The notes below the pieces were generated by a model that searched no databases, was not told where the DNA came from, and saw nothing but the letters and a program-made list of their open reading frames with translations. Below, one piece after another: positions 12,732 to 26,804 of a DNA stretch of 64,000 bases; the first letter of the stretch is position 1, and each line of letters begins with the position of its first letter. A program made the position numbers and the translations under genes. The DNA is taken from the NCBI GenBank assembly GCA_951406725.2, contig OX597817.1, positions 158,286,001-158,350,000 on the forward strand, written 5' to 3'. This DNA is from Octopus vulgaris. Lineage: Eukaryota.

Positions 12732-13529
12732 CAGTTTTCTTTAAAAGTAAAGCTTGTATGAAATGTCACATCTCACAAATTTCACAGCATGCAATATTTT
12801 GATTTATAAATTTTACCAATCCTAAAAATGAAATATTATCCCAAATTATATACTGCTAATACATTTTGAAAAGTATTTACCACATGATTATGGATATTCA
12901 TTTGTAACTATAATTTCAGAGGCAGTTGGTTATGCTAACGAATGTTTCATGTATAGTTTTGAAAAACTGGTGAATTTTGTGTAAAGACAACAATGTATTC
13001 TGTTTATAAATTGTTTATTTTTGGATGTGGAAATTTAAAAGTACTTGTGTTAGAAGTAACATGTAGTCTGATATATGTTTGTCATATCTAAAGTAAACAA
13101 AGTCACATGTAATACTGTTTACTTTACATATGACAAATTCACACACACACACACTTTATTCCAATATGATAGTGGAAAATATAATACATGCTTGCATGCA
13201 CAAACACACACACGCACAGCTGACAATCATGCATAAATAAATTCTACAGTTTTTTTTGTATTTCATCATCATCATCATTTAACGTCTGCTTTCCATGCTG
13301 GCATGGGTTGGACGATTTCACTGAGGACTGGTAAACCAGATGGCTGCACCAGGCTCCAATCTTGATTTGGCAGAGTTTCTACAGCTGGATGCCCTTCCTA
13401 ACACCAACCACTCTGAGAGTGTAGTGGGTGCTTTTACGTGCCACCAGCACGAGGGCCAGTCGGGTGGTACTGGCAACGGCCAGGCTCAAATGGTGCTTTT
13501 TATGTGCCACCTGTACAAGAGCCAATCCA

Positions 13530-13872
13530 GCGGCACTTTTTCACACAGCTATCCTCATCCATTCTCACCACATGACCATACCAGCACAGTCGTCTCTCTT
13601 GCACACCACATCTGATGTTTCTTAGGTCCAACTTTTCTCTCAAGGTACTTACACTCTGTCGAATATGCACACTGACATTACACATCCAGCGGAGCATACT
13701 GGCTTCATTCCTTGCAAGCTTACACATGTCCTCAGCAGTCACGGCCCATGTTTCACTGCCATGTAGCATGTCTGTTTGTACACATGCATCATACAGTCTA
13801 CCTTTTACTCTGAGTGAGAGGCCCTTTTGTCACCAGCAGAAGTAAGAGCTCTCTGAACTTTGCCCAGGCTGA
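13530..13872 (-). mobile_element. RTE-clade LINE ORF C-terminal fragment
   Basis: RVKGRLYDACV..MLHGSETWAVT..RNEASMLRWMCNVS..LREKLDLR..RRLCWYGHVVRMDEDS, characteristic of RTE. Confidence 0.88.
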
Positions 13873-14859
13873 GTTAATCAGGAAAAAAGGATTGTACTTA
13901 TAGCATGTGTCAGCCCTCTTAATCTCTTAACATACACATTTTTTTAATTATTTATTTTGAATCTGTATATATGGAAGAATAATTACATAAATTATTTTGG
14001 ATCAGTTATAATTTATTCTGAAATTACTAATAGAAATGATGGTTACTGATAGTTAATGATAGAAAATGGGAATAACATCAAGAACGAAGTATTTTGGGTT
14101 AAAATACCTAAGGGTAAAGTGAATGTAAATACATATTTACAAGACATCTCTGACTGGCTTCCGTGTCGGTGGCACGTAAAAAGCACCATCCGAATCGTGG
14201 CTGAAGCCAGTGCCGCCTCGACTGGCTTCCGTGCCGGTGGCACGTAAAATGCACCAATCTGACCGTGGCCGATGCCAGCCTCGCCTGGCACCAGTGCAGG
14301 TGGCACGTAAAAAGCACCCACTACACTCACGGAGTGGTTGGCGTTAGGAAGGGCATTCAGCTGTAGAAACTTTGCCAGATAAGACGGGAGCCTGGTGCGG
14401 CCTTCTGGCTTCCCAGATCCCCGGTCGAACCATCCAACCCATGGAGAACGGACGTTAAACGATGATGATGATGATCTCTGAATGAAAATATACAGGATAA
14501 TATATTCAGAGATTAAACTAGTCAGATTGATGCTGTTGATGTTTTGTTTAAACAGCTGCAATTCAATGTCAGTGTGAAATGTGTAGCTAGGAAGGAAATC
14601 CTTGTGGGTTAACCTTCTAAAGTGTAAGGATTAGGTATAGTGATGAGTGTAGGGCTGAGGAGGGAAAACAGAGCTGATAGAGTGTAAATCAGAAAGATCC
14701 ACCATCTGTTCAAGCTATGATGGTGTGTTGTCACAGGAAGCATTTTATCCAAGACAATCATCACATAAAGCCTGTATGTGAGCAGTTTAGCCTGAAGATT
14801 TTTGTACTAGACATGGTCAAATATTTTACTGATGTCAAGTGCAATAGACACTTAACCAT

Positions 14860-15297
14860 AGGCATAGGAGTGGCTATGTGGTAAGTAGCTTGCTTACCAA
14901 CCACATGGTTCTGGGTTCAGTCCCACTGCATGGCACCTTAGACGAGTGTCTTCTACTATAGCCTCGGGCCGGCCAAAGCCTTGTGAGTGGATTTGGTAGA
15001 CGGAAACTGAAAGAAGCCTGTCGTATATATGTGTATATATATATCTATATATATGTGTATGTTTGTGTGTCTGTGTTTGTCCCCCCAACATCGCTTGACA
15101 ACCGATGCTGGTGTGTTTACGTCCCTGTAACTTAGCGGTTCAGCAAAAGAGACCGATAGAATAAGTACTAGGCTTACAAAGAATAAGTCCTGGGGTTGAT
15201 TTGGTCAAGACACTTGCCCAAGGTGCCACGCAGTGGGACTGAACCCGGAACCATGTAGTTTGTAAGCAAGCTACTTACCACACAGCCACTCCTATGC
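14860..15297 (+). mobile_element. SINE family A with inverted head fragment at its 3' end
   Basis: 14860-15205 forward; 15207-15297 is a reverse copy of the head. Confidence 0.85.
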
Positions 15298-16544
15298 CGC
15301 CGCGACCACCACCACCACTACCACTGCTACTACTACTACTAGTCTTTGTATTTTGAATATTGTTAAAGCAATTATTTATAAGATGATGTGTAAACTTTGC
15401 TGTATTGCCTTTCCTTTAAAAGTGCCACCTGGTCGCAGACAGCCCCTACTGCTTTCCACTAGCTACACTAGTAGCTATGATTGTAAAGCTTCCTATCTAT
15501 TTCTCTGCTGTGTACTATAGATGAGTTAGCAAAGGATGTGGTAGTTTGCAATGAGAGAAGACAGAGGAAGAGCCCTTTAAATATAGTTATGAGGTGTAAT
15601 AGGCAATCAAGTTCTAAAAGACTAAGACTAAGCAATGATGGTTAATGGTGTTGGTGATGGTGGTGGTGGTTGTGGTGATGGTTGTGCTGGTGGTTGTGGG
15701 CTAGTAAAGAAACTGTATTAATGAAAATGTTCAACAAAGGTAAGCGATCAAGCTCTACAGATGTTACCATCCCAAACTGTTAAGCAGCCAAAGTAAAGAG
15801 TTTTATCGTGTGAAATATTATTTTCTTCTTTATCACTTTGTGTATGATTTTTAGCAAGCAGATGTGGCTATGTGGTTATGTAGTTTGTTCCCCAACCACA
15901 TGATTTCAAGTTCGGTTCAACACTGTGGCATCTTGGTCAAGCGTCTTCTATTATAGCTCTGGGCCAACAAAAGCTTTGGGTGTGCGTACATGTGTGTGTG
16001 ATTGTGTCTCCTTCACTTGATGTCATGGGGATTGTTGTATATGAATCATTCATTTCTGATATTCTATGGAAAGCAGGTATCTTTCAGTTTCCTTCTATCA
16101 AATCCACTCACAAGGCTTTGGTTATCCCAAGGCTATAGTAGAAGACACTTGTCCAAGGTACCTCACAGTGAGACTGAACCTGGAACCATGGGGTTGGGAA
16201 GCAAGTTTCTTATCACACAGTCACACTTGTGCCCATAATAATGATGATGATTTCATTAACAGGAAATTCTGAATTGGAGGGTAACAGATGTTGCCTCTGG
16301 AGATATCTTTCAGATTAGAAAAGTAAGAAGAGTGAGTGAAAGTGTTTGGAGTATTTGTGTGACAGTATGTATGAGAGATGAAGAGCTAAAAACTGCAGGC
16401 GGGTGAATGAGTAAAACATCTGAGAAATAACGGTGAAGTAGGTAGTGGCATAGTTAATAGGAGAGCATAGGGAACCACAACTCCCCTGGAGCACATTTTT
16501 CAAAACATGCCTTTTCAACAATTTTAAAAATTCTTTGGTTCACT

Positions 16545-16765
16545 TACTCTTTTACTCTTTTACTTGTTTCAGTCATTTGACTGTGGCCATGCTGGAGCAC
16601 TGCTTTCAGTTGAGCAAATCGACTCTGGGATTTATTTTTTGTAAGCCCAGTACTTATTCTATCGGTCTCTTTTGCTGAACCGCTAAGTGACGGGGACGTA
16701 AACACACCAGCATCGGTTGTCAAGCAATGCTAGGGGGACAAACACAGACACACAAACATATACAC

Positions 16766-16806
<41 letters not shown>

Positions 16807-16966
16807 TACGGCAGGCTTCTTTCAATTTCCGTCTACCAAATCCACTCAAAAGGTATTGGTCGGCCCGGGGCTATAGCAGAAGACACTTGCCCAAGATGCC
16901 ATGCAGTGGGACTGAACCCGGAACCATGTGGTTGGTAAGCAAGCTACTTACCACACAGCCACTCGT
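16545..16966 (-). mobile_element. tRNA-derived SINE family A
   Basis: Full-length reverse copy. Confidence 0.9.
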
Positions 16967-17941
16967 GTGTTAAAAGCTGAGTCTCATTTTTTTTTTTATT
17001 AATTGCATGGCCTTGGAAGAACTTTATGAAGTCATTTTTTTTATTTGACCCAACCTCAACCCCCTTTGTTTTTCAGCTGTCTGCTCAATATCCTGCTGGT
17101 GGTCGTTGACATCTGAAGAGCCAAAACAAACCCTGACGTCATAAACTCTCAACACTAGACGACCCTGTGGAGTTTCATCTTTTTCATGTCACATCTTTAT
17201 CAGTAGTTGTAAGTTTCATACATAACGACATTACTGAAAGCTGAAATTAACGTATGTAGGATATAATTACATATATTATAACTAATTAAATGTTTTGCAT
17301 GATATAAGAGAGAAATGAGTGAAAAATTGTTTGGTATCTGTCTGGGTGCCTTTTCTTTATGTGTTCACTCTTCCAAACTTTAGAACCTGGCTACACCTCA
17401 GATTTTGAGTACAAGGTAAGATAAGCTCAGAATTTTCCATTATAATGTTCATAGAAGAAATAGGGAAAAGATACAGGTGTGGAGCAAAATATTAGAGGTG
17501 TGATCTACGTGTAATTTTCTTGCACAGAAATTACAGTTGACCCATTCAAGTATGGAAAAGTGGGTCTTTTTTTTCTTTTCCAGGTTATTTTGCATGCTTT
17601 TAACGAATGTGACATCGAAATAATGTGTAAATGGCTCCTTATTTCAGAAAAGGGAAGATTTGGCTGCTATTTCTAGCATGCTCTGCTACCACATAACAGC
17701 TATTTGCATTCACACTGAAATATTTACCAACTTTTTCCCTTCCATTTATTTTTTCCACATTTTGGAAGTCAATATTTTCTCCATGGACATCCACCTCAGC
17801 ATACCATGTGCTTACCAACCACATGGTTCCGGGTTCAGTCCCACTGCGTGGCATCTTGGGCAGGTGTCTTCTGCTATAGCCCCGGGCCGACCAATGCCTT
17901 GTGAGTGGATTTGGTAGACGAAAATTGAAAGAAGCCTGTCG

Positions 17942-17966
<25 letters not shown>

Positions 17967-17972
<6 letters not shown>

Positions 17973-18164
17973 AATATAAGAGAGTGGTCACTATATGGCT
18001 CACTCTCTTATATTTATTTTGACCACTCTCTTATATTTATTTTGTAAAAATATTATAATATATTATAAAATATTATAATAATCCAGGTTTCTCGGAGCAC
18101 TAGGCCACTTGGTGTTGAATAGATATACTATTAAATTAGTATCTAATTCTCTCACCCTTATTAA

Positions 18165-18165
<1 letters not shown>
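17967..18165. mobile_element. Inverted, centre-deleted copy of the 10113-10523 foldback element
   Basis: 18020-18165 is the reverse complement of 10113-10258; sits in the internal (TA)n of a SINE. Confidence 0.88.
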
Positions 18166-18219
<54 letters not shown>

Positions 18220-18566
18220 TGTGTGTGTATATGTATATGTTTGTCCCCCTAGCATTGCATAGGTCAAATAGAATTATATCAATTAATGTTCCCTTTTGAC
18301 AGGACAAAGAAATTTCCCAATGTTGTTTCAAGCAACAAGTGGGTGGATTTCGTTTCAAATCCAGGCAGGGCCAAATGAGGTCCTACAAGTTATTTATAAT
18401 AATAGGTGGTGTTATATCGGAGTTGAATGAATGAAGCGTACAATATGCCAAGACAATCTGAAAACAATAGAAGCTTTTAAACGTTTACTGGTTTTTAGGA
18501 TATTTTGGGGTTAACAGACTTGAGTTAATGGAACCTAACTGTAACAGAAGTTAATTAGTCTGATAA

Positions 18567-19110
18567 TCATCATCATCATCATCATCATCGTTTAACGTCC
18601 GTTTTCCGTGCTAGCACGGGTTGGACGGTTTGACCGGGGTCTGGGAAGCCAGGGGCTGCACCAGGCTCCAGTCTGATCTGGCAGAGTTTCTACAGCTGGA
18701 TGCCCTTCCTAACGCCAACCACTCCGCGAGTGTAGTGGGTGCTTTTTACGTGCCACCTGCACAGGTGCCGGAGGGTCCGACATCAGCCACAATTGGTTGG
18801 AGCTTTTAACGTGCCACCGGCACGGAAGCCAGCCAGGGCGGCGCTGGCAACGGCCACATTCGGATGGTGCTTTTTATGTGCCACCGGCACAGAAGCCAGT
18901 CGAGGCGGCGCTGGCAACGGCCACATACAGATGGTGCTTTTTATGTGCCATCGGCACAGGTATCACAACTACTATTTCCATTGATATTTATTTCGATGTT
19001 CATGTTCATGTTCATGTACTTGACTCAACAGGTCTCCTCAAGCACAGCGAGACGTTTCAGGATCCAGGGTACTTTGAATGGGCAGGGGGCTATGCGGAAC
19101 TGATGCAGGA
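18567..19110 (-). mobile_element. GAT-tailed SINE-like repeat family C with internal minisatellite
   Basis: (CAT)n-CGTTTAACGTCCG..GGGTTGGACGG..GATGCCCTTCCTAACGCCAACCAC; more than 15 copies in the window (e.g. 489, 13264, 14150, 19390, 32144, 41030, 43389, 45721, 60117, 61575). Confidence 0.88.
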
Positions 19111-19159
19111 AACAGCCCATAATGATTTTCAAAATTAACTTAAAAGTTAAATCTTTAAC

Positions 19160-19260
19160 GAAAATGTTAACTTCGTTAATTAACGATTAATGGATTAACG
19201 GACTTACACCCAGCTGTGTATATATATATATTATATATATGTATGTATATATATATATAT

Positions 19261-19329
<69 letters not shown>

Positions 19330-19385
19330 GCTGGGCGTCAGTCTGTTAATCCATTATTCGTTAATTACCAAAGTTAACATTTTTG
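19160..19385. repeat. About 60-bp inverted repeat around a TA/CA microsatellite
   Basis: aaaatgttaactt..ggattaac..cccagctg / cagctggg..gttaatcc..aagttaacatttt. Confidence 0.7.
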
Positions 19386-20544
19386 ATTGAGGTCGTTGCC
19401 AGTGCCGCTGGACTGGCTCCTATGCAGGTAGCACATAAAAAACACCATTTGAGTGTGGCCATTGCCTGTACCATCTGACTGGCCCTCGTGACGGTGGCAT
19501 GTAAAAAGCACCCACTACATTCTTGGAGTGGTTGGTGTTACGAAGGGCAGCCATCTGGTTTGCCAATCCTCAGTCAAACCATCCAACCCATGCCAGCATG
19601 GAAAGCGGACGTTAAACGATGATGATAATGACGCACACACACACACACATATCTATACATGTGTGTGCATTTTGTTGTCCCCCTCCCTTGCTTGGCAACA
19701 GGTGTTGGTTTGTTTACATCGCCATAACTTATCAGTTTGGTAAAAAAAAAAAATTTATTTGACTGAAACGCTTTAATGTAGTGCCCCACCATTGCTGCAG
19801 TCCAGTGACTGAAACAAGTAAAAGGTAAGACGGAAGATAATAACAAAGACAGAAGATTGTTAAATACTGTCTGAGATATGATTTGACTGGAGCAATTGGA
19901 AAATAGAAGAGACTTTTATTTGCTGCTGAAGAGGGATTTTTGTTTCCTTAATGATCTTTACAACAATGTTCTTTTTCTTTTCTATATAAATGTGTGTCTG
20001 TGTGGGTATACGTGCACATACATATACACAATTTTAATATTATATGTGTATACATTCGACAATAAGTTTATTAGTTTTGTTTTGAATTTTAAACTAATAA
20101 TAGAAATCAGGATATTTTCTGTTTAGCGATGATGATTGATATATATGCACTGCAGGAGCAGAACCAATTAAAAATAAGAAAGGATCCTATTGTATAAATA
20201 ACTAACACTGATGTTAGTAACATTTTAAAAGCTCTCCATGTTCAGTTTTTTGAAAACAAACGACTTAATTTTATTGATTAGAATGACATGAAATTACACT
20301 TGTCACAGCTGTTTACACGACTTATTCACTGACGAAATAATGTATGTTCTGGATAATCCTGTGTTTTATTCACATAGCGAGTTTCATGAGAGTTATATTA
20401 CACAGTGTGTCTTTCTTTCAGTTAAGACAGCTGGTTGTGATTTTGCTTCCTGTAACTGGTAGGTTGAGCAACTGTGATGTAATTGATGTCAATAATCCTT
20501 TCTCCTATACATGGGTCAGCTATAATGCTCATAGACTGACCAAG

Positions 20545-21233
20545 ACACTGGAGCATTGTTCTAATGAAACAACATCTCTTTTGTCAGCTTCCTGGGTGTT
20601 TGGTCTTGATAGCCTTTCATAACTGCCTCAGCAAGTTAGCATCATAATTCCTATTGATGTTGCCCTTTTTGAAGATAGTCAATAAACACAATGCCTTTTG
20701 CATCCCCAAGAGCTGAAGCCATCACCTACCCTGCAAATGAAAAGATCTTGGCCTTCTTTGAAGCAGGTGAGGCGGGGTGTTTCCACTGCATGGATTGTCT
20801 CTTTGTCTCGGTCTCAAAGTGATGAAGCCAACACTCATCTTGGGTTGGGAAACAGTCGAGGAAACCAGCTGGATCTGCTACAATGTCAAATTTTCTGGTG
20901 ATGTGATCAACCTGGTACACTTTTTTGCTCAGGTGTCTGAAGATGTGGCACCTGCCAAGCAGAAAACTTCATTATGCCAAGTTCATTGTGCATGCCTGTT
21001 ATCCATTACCATGTGGTGAACATAGTCACTGTTTTCCTCAGTGGTGGCAGTTGTAGGACATCCAGACCTTGGGTCACCTTCAAGACTCTCCTTTCCCTTC
21101 CTGAAATCAGTTGCCTACTTTTGCACTGTTGATAAAGTCCTAATGTTACAACTTTGTCAGCATGACTGTCCTTGGGGGCTAAACCCTTTTTTTGCAGGCA
21201 CTTGATAACACCACAATGCCAAATTTTGTCCAT
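20545..21233 (-). mobile_element. Degenerate mariner transposase remnant
   Basis: Frameshifted pieces MDKIWHCGVIKCLQKKGLAPKD.., DPAGFLDCFPTQDECWLHHFETETKRQSMQWKH.., KGIVFIDYLQKG, typical of mariner HTH and catalytic-domain regions. Confidence 0.88.
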
Positions 21234-21538
21234 TTTCAAGAGAAGCTGTAATAATGATTTCAAATTTTGGCACAAGGATGGCAATTTTGAGGAGAGGTTC
21301 TTAATCAATAGTCCCTGGCTGCACCACCTCCTCTATCACCTTCATCATCCTCATCATCTGTTCTCCTTTTATACTAGCATAAACTGGATGAGTTGTCACA
21401 ATTTGAGTCATTACTTGGAGTCACTATGCTCCTAGATGGGATAAAAGACCACTTTTCACTTATATGTTTTAATGGCATAGTTTCTATATTTAGATGCCAT
21501 TCCTATTTCCAACCACTTAACAGAATTTAGTCGATTTA

Positions 21539-21948
21539 AGGCGGCAAGCTGGCAGAAACGTTAGCACGCCAGGCGAAATGCTTAACGGTATTTTGTCTGC
21601 CATTACGTTCTGAGTTCAAATTCTGCCAAGGTCGACTTTGCCTTTCATCCTTTCGGGGTCGATAAATTAAGTACCAGTTATGCACTGAGGTCGATGTAAT
21701 TGACTTAATCCATGTGTCTGTCCTTGTTTGTCCCCTCTGTGTTTAGCGCCTTGTGGGTAGTAAAGAAATAGGTTGTTCGTTTGCTGTTACGTTCTGAGTT
21801 CAAATTCTGCTGAGGTCGACTTTGCCTTTCATCCTTTTGGTGTCGATAAATTAAGTACCAGTTACGCACTGATGTAATCAATTTAATCCGTTTGTCTGTC
21901 CTTGTTTGTCCCCTCTATGTTTAGCCCCTTGTGAGCAATAAAGAAATA
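21539..21948 (+). mobile_element. Nin/Deu-domain-type SINE with internal tandem duplication
   Basis: GGCGGCAAGCTGGCAGAAACG head; GTCGACTTTGCCTTTCATCCTTT..GTCGATAAATTAAGTACCAG twice; 14-bp TSD agaatttagtcgat. Confidence 0.85.
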
Positions 21949-22711
21949 AGAATTTAGTCGATGCATTTTATGGAGGTTGTCTGTCCTTAAAAGGACCAAT
22001 GAATTTGCTTGGCCTTGCAGTCTCTCTGATCATCCAAGGCAGCATGATCAAGTGTTCTTGTGTGAGGAAGGCAGATGAATAACACTTTAATACAATTTTT
22101 GTCCATGGGTAGCAACTGTTATTTCCTATTTGCTTACCCTTAGAAAGTATGAAAAATGGCTAATATTTCAGTCCACTCTGTAAAGTGGCCATTGTTAGGA
22201 AGGTCTTCTAGCCATAAAAACCCTGCCAAAAGAAACAGTGAAGCTTGGTGCAGTTTTCTGCCTAGCCAGCCCCTATCAAACCATTCAACCCATGCCAGCA
22301 TGGAAAACAATGATGATGATGATTTCCTTCAAACTTTGCTTTTGTTACAGTTATTCAAATTTCCCCAAATCCCTCTCAACACATGGCTGTGATGCTCCTC
22401 CACTACTTCTGCTCATGATCAGAGATGCATGTATTGTTAGCCACTAAGTGGCATACTCAAGTGGTTAAGGTCAAGCAATTGACAAGCAATAATTACTATA
22501 ACAATATTTCTGCTTCAACGACTGAATCTGTGTGAAATGTAATGGAAAATAGGTCAGTTTCAAAACATTTGTGTCCAGAAGGTCACAAAAGCTAATTTGG
22601 AAGGGAATAGTAGTAATTTCCTTTGATTTCTAGCTAAAAGCAAATAGGAAATGACACTTATGGACCAAAGAGAAAAAAAATAAAAATAAAAAATAAAAAT
22701 TTTGTTACACA

Positions 22712-23118
22712 GGCATAGGAGTGGCTGTGTGGTAAGTATCTTGCTTACGAACCACATGGTTCTCGGTTCAGTCCAACTGCATGACACCTTGGGCAGGTGT
22801 CTTCTGCTATAGCCTTAGGCTGACCAAAGCCTTGTGAGTGGATTTGGTAGACAGAAACTGAAAGAACCTGTCGTATATATGTATACATATATATATGTAT
22901 GTATGTGTGTATATGTTTGTATGTCTGTGTCTGTCCCACAAACATTGCTTGACAACTGATGCTGGTGTGTTTACGTCACCGTAACTTAGCAGTTCGGCAA
23001 AAGAGACCGATAGAATAAGTACTAGGCTTACAAAAAATAAGTCCTGGGGTCGATTTGCTCGACTAAAGGCGGTGCTCCAGCATGGCCACAGTCAAATGAC
23101 TGAAACAAGTAAAAGAGT
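22712..23118 (+). mobile_element. tRNA-derived SINE family A
   Basis: Full-length copy. Confidence 0.9.
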
Positions 23119-23689
23119 GTAATTGACAAAGGAATTAAAATGAAATAGTAATACAAGGGGTGATAAGGGGAGTGGGGTTAGAATGAAAGATAAGTACTGC
23201 GAAAATGAATGAGGAGAGGCTAGAACAGGAGAGGGAAAAGTGAAAAGAGTTACTGCCTTAGATCAGGCAGAGAGAGAGAGAGTGGTGTTCAAGTGGAGAG
23301 GAGAAATAGAATTGTTTAGAAATCAAATAATTTAAAGATTATCATCAGCATGGCCGCAGTCAAATGAGTGAAACAATTAAAAAAAAAATCATCAAACTTA
23401 TTATATAACCTCATATGCAAAATATAGCTTTTCTAAACATTGTGCATTTCTTGACATGGGAAACTAGAACTGTTGAGAAATGAAATAATTTAAAGATGCC
23501 ATCATCCATCATTATCATCACCATTGTCTTCATTTAATGTCCATCTTCCATGCTGGCATGGGTTGGATGATTTGACAGTCGCTGGCAAGCCAGAGGACTG
23601 CACCACATTCCACTGTGTTTTGGCATGGTTTTCATGCCTTTCCTAATGCCAACTACTTTACAGAGCGTACTAGATGCTTTTCTGAGCAC

Positions 23690-24030
23690 CTTTTCAAACT
23701 CCACCTGTCTAACACCCATGGACATGTTTATAAAGTCTTCCATGACTTTTGGAAACATTTTTTCATGCTAAGAGTTGCTGAAGCATGGAACAAACTGCTG
23801 GCATCAGTTGTTAGTTGTCGGAGCACTGCATCCTTCAAAACTTCCATGCTTCCTGAGATTCGCCAATGCTACACCTGATTTTCTCCCCTCCATACACACA
23901 CAAGCATGTATCTGACTCATACACTGTTCACTTTCCAGACATTTGTACATTGCTGCATATGCTTTATATGCACTTTTGACTAGTTGTGGTGCACCTGAGC
24001 ACTGTATACAATAATTTCATTATTATTATT
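23690..24030 (+). mobile_element. CR1-type LINE 3' end
   Basis: NTHGH..DFWKHFFMLRVAEAWNKLLASVV..FK, then 3' UTR ending in (ATT)n; sister copy at 41610-41998. Confidence 0.8.
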
Positions 24031-24888
24031 TGGCACCATCACCAGCAAGGTCTGTTTGGCATTGATTTTAGTGCTGGATGCGCGTCCTAATACCAACCAC
24101 TTTACATCCATCCATGTGAAAAACAGTATGTAAGTTAGTGTTTTGAAATTAATAAATATGTATACAAAAGGATTTCACTTAATGAATAATTTTATTTTCA
24201 TAGGGTAATATATTGGTAGAATTGTTAGAGAGCAACAAAATGATGTGAGGATTTGAAAAATGTTCCTTTCTAATCTGAGTTCAGCTTTCACTGTTTCCAG
24301 AGCTCCATTAAATTCTTTTGTAGGTAGACAGTGCCATTTATTGTTACAAGGTGAATAAAATAAAGTACCAGTCATATATTGTGTCTTTCTATCTATCAGA
24401 ATTCAATATATTTTCATATTTTTCCAGCAAGCACGAGAGACAACTCGAATTATGTTTTGATCTTAATCTGACCTCATCAGCAAAGTATAAACTTCATCGT
24501 ACTCGCCGAAGATAAAAAGACTAAGTAAATAAACGTAATACAACATCATTAGCCAACTGTTATTGTCTTGATAGATTTGTTTTATTTAGTGGGTGAATAT
24601 TGTCAGATTTGGAAAAACAAAATGAAATAAAACAAAACGACTATATTATATAGTACATACAAATCATAAAAGAATAAATTTGATTTCAACTTTGAAGTGC
24701 GCAAGTATTGCACAGTATTAAATAAACTACATTCTTCACATGGAATTATTTGCAAGACCAAACTAGCGTAGATTTACACCGCCTTCCTCTAAATTTTGTC
24801 TCCATTCAACTTTTGGGAAAGTCGCTATATAATTAATTAATTAGATAATAAAGATACCTTCTCTGTAAATTAATAAAATAATTCGATT

Positions 24889-24967
24889 ATGGCTCATTCA
24901 CAAGCAGGAGCTGATGTCGCTAACGTTGTTAATCGTTGTAATTCGGCAAAACAGGATAAGAAGTTGG
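24889..24967 (+). CDS. LRRC20: Leucine-rich repeat protein 20-like, coding exon 1
   Basis: ATG..MAHSQAGADVANVVNRCNSAKQDKKL+G|GTAAGT; resembles the LRRC20 N-terminus (GEAVARVARKV..DTLDL). Confidence 0.85.
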
Positions 24968-26416
24968 GTAAGTTTTGATAAGTTTAAATCTAATAGGATT
25001 TTAGCTTGGAAGATGAAAGTGGATGCCTCTGTTTTTAGACATCATTATGATCGTCTTATATGAATTTAATAGGGTTGATACTTATTGTATCAATTCTTCT
25101 AAAGATTATCTATTTCAAGTGATCTGGTCGAGATTCTATCCTAAAACAGTTTATCGTTGTTGCATATGTAAAGAAATTCGTTCCGCAATTAAATGGTTTC
25201 GGGTTCAATTTGCGTGTCACTGTGGGCTAGTGTATTCTAACTTAGTCACGGATCGATGAAAGCTTTGTAAATAAAATTCGAGAGACAAAAGCAGTGGAAG
25301 TCCATCAGAGGGGCTATCCAATTTTTTAGGTTATAAATTTAGTCTATCGTCACCCTTTATCACCTTTAGCGAAGTCCACGGTTTTGCAAGCATTTCGATC
25401 TGCCGGGGATGAGGATAACTTCCTCCCTTCTTCCTTCCAGTCTCGGAAACCACGAAAAAGGTCACAGAATATGCCCTTACTCTGACTAAACTATTAAAAA
25501 GTAAAAATAAAATAATTTGGTGCTTTTCAGAATAGATTATAGTAGACGAGCCACAAAAGAGGCCTTGGTTAACGTAAGCAGTCTGCCAAAGTTTCAAATT
25601 TGAGAAGTTAATTTACTTTTGAATTTTAATTCATTTGTCCTTTCCTTATGCTGTATATTATGTTGAGTTGTGCCTTGGTGGCTGTAGCTGGTAAAGGAAA
25701 ACCGTTTGAATGTTTTATTTCTTCAGTCTCGCAGGTTGTGTTCGATTCTCGTCGAGTCGACCTTCTGGCGGCTAATTCTATCAATCGAAATAAATAAAAA
25801 TTATATGCCTAGTCAAAGTGAAAGTTTGAAATGTTTAATTTATTTAGTATTAATTCTAGAACGAATTTCATTGGCAGACGTTTACGTCTGCTATGTAAAC
25901 AATAAGATTACAAGAAATCATGTCGCCACGGTATATAGTAGAAACGAGTTAAGGAGAGAGCTTCAAAGTTGTTGCTTCACGTGCTAGAAATAGCGACCAA
26001 ATGTCTCTTGAATAACACCCTTATCATCTTAAGGTAGGGCATATCGAATAATGTAGACCTAGATTTTCTTAATAAAACGGGACAAACATCATTAGAAGCT
26101 TTTGAAACGGGGTGGGCATCACCAGAAGCTTTTGCTCGATTAGGACTGATTTGATGCTTAAACATCTACAATGTAGCAGGAATTTTTTCTTTTACCAAGA
26201 AATCATTTGAGTCATTATTAATACAAATTACTATCAAAAGAAGGCTGCTCAATATCAAAATACTTGATCTGTTAGTAATTTAAAAAAAACAAACAAACCC
26301 AAAACATCTTTTTTGTATGGTTGGTGGAGATAGCCCAAATAGCAGAGTACTGAACCTAATGTAAATGTCCCTTAACTCCTGAAGAAAGCTTCAGTTTCTT
26401 GGTGTAAAAATGTTAC

Positions 26417-26804
26417 AGGAGTGGCTGTGTGGTAAGTAGCTTGCTAACCAACCACATGGTTCCGGGTTCAGTCCCACTGCGTAACATCTTGGGCAAGTGT
26501 CTTCTGCTATAGCCCCAGGCCGACTAATGCCTTGTGAGTGGATTTGGTAGACGGAAACTGAAAGAAGCCTGTCGTATATATGTATATATATATATATGTG
26601 TATGTGTTTGTCCCCTTAACATTGCTTGACAACCAATGCTGGTGTGTTTACGTCCCCGTCACTTAGCGGTTCGGCAAAAGAGACCGATAGAATAAGTACT
26701 GGGCTTACAAAGAATAAGTCCCGGGGTCGATTTGCTCGACTAAAGGCGGTGCTCCAGCATGGCCGCAGTCAAATGACTGAAACAAATAAAAGAGTAAAAA
26801 GAGT
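26417..26804 (+). mobile_element. tRNA-derived SINE family A
   Basis: Full-length copy in LRRC20 intron 1. Confidence 0.9.
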
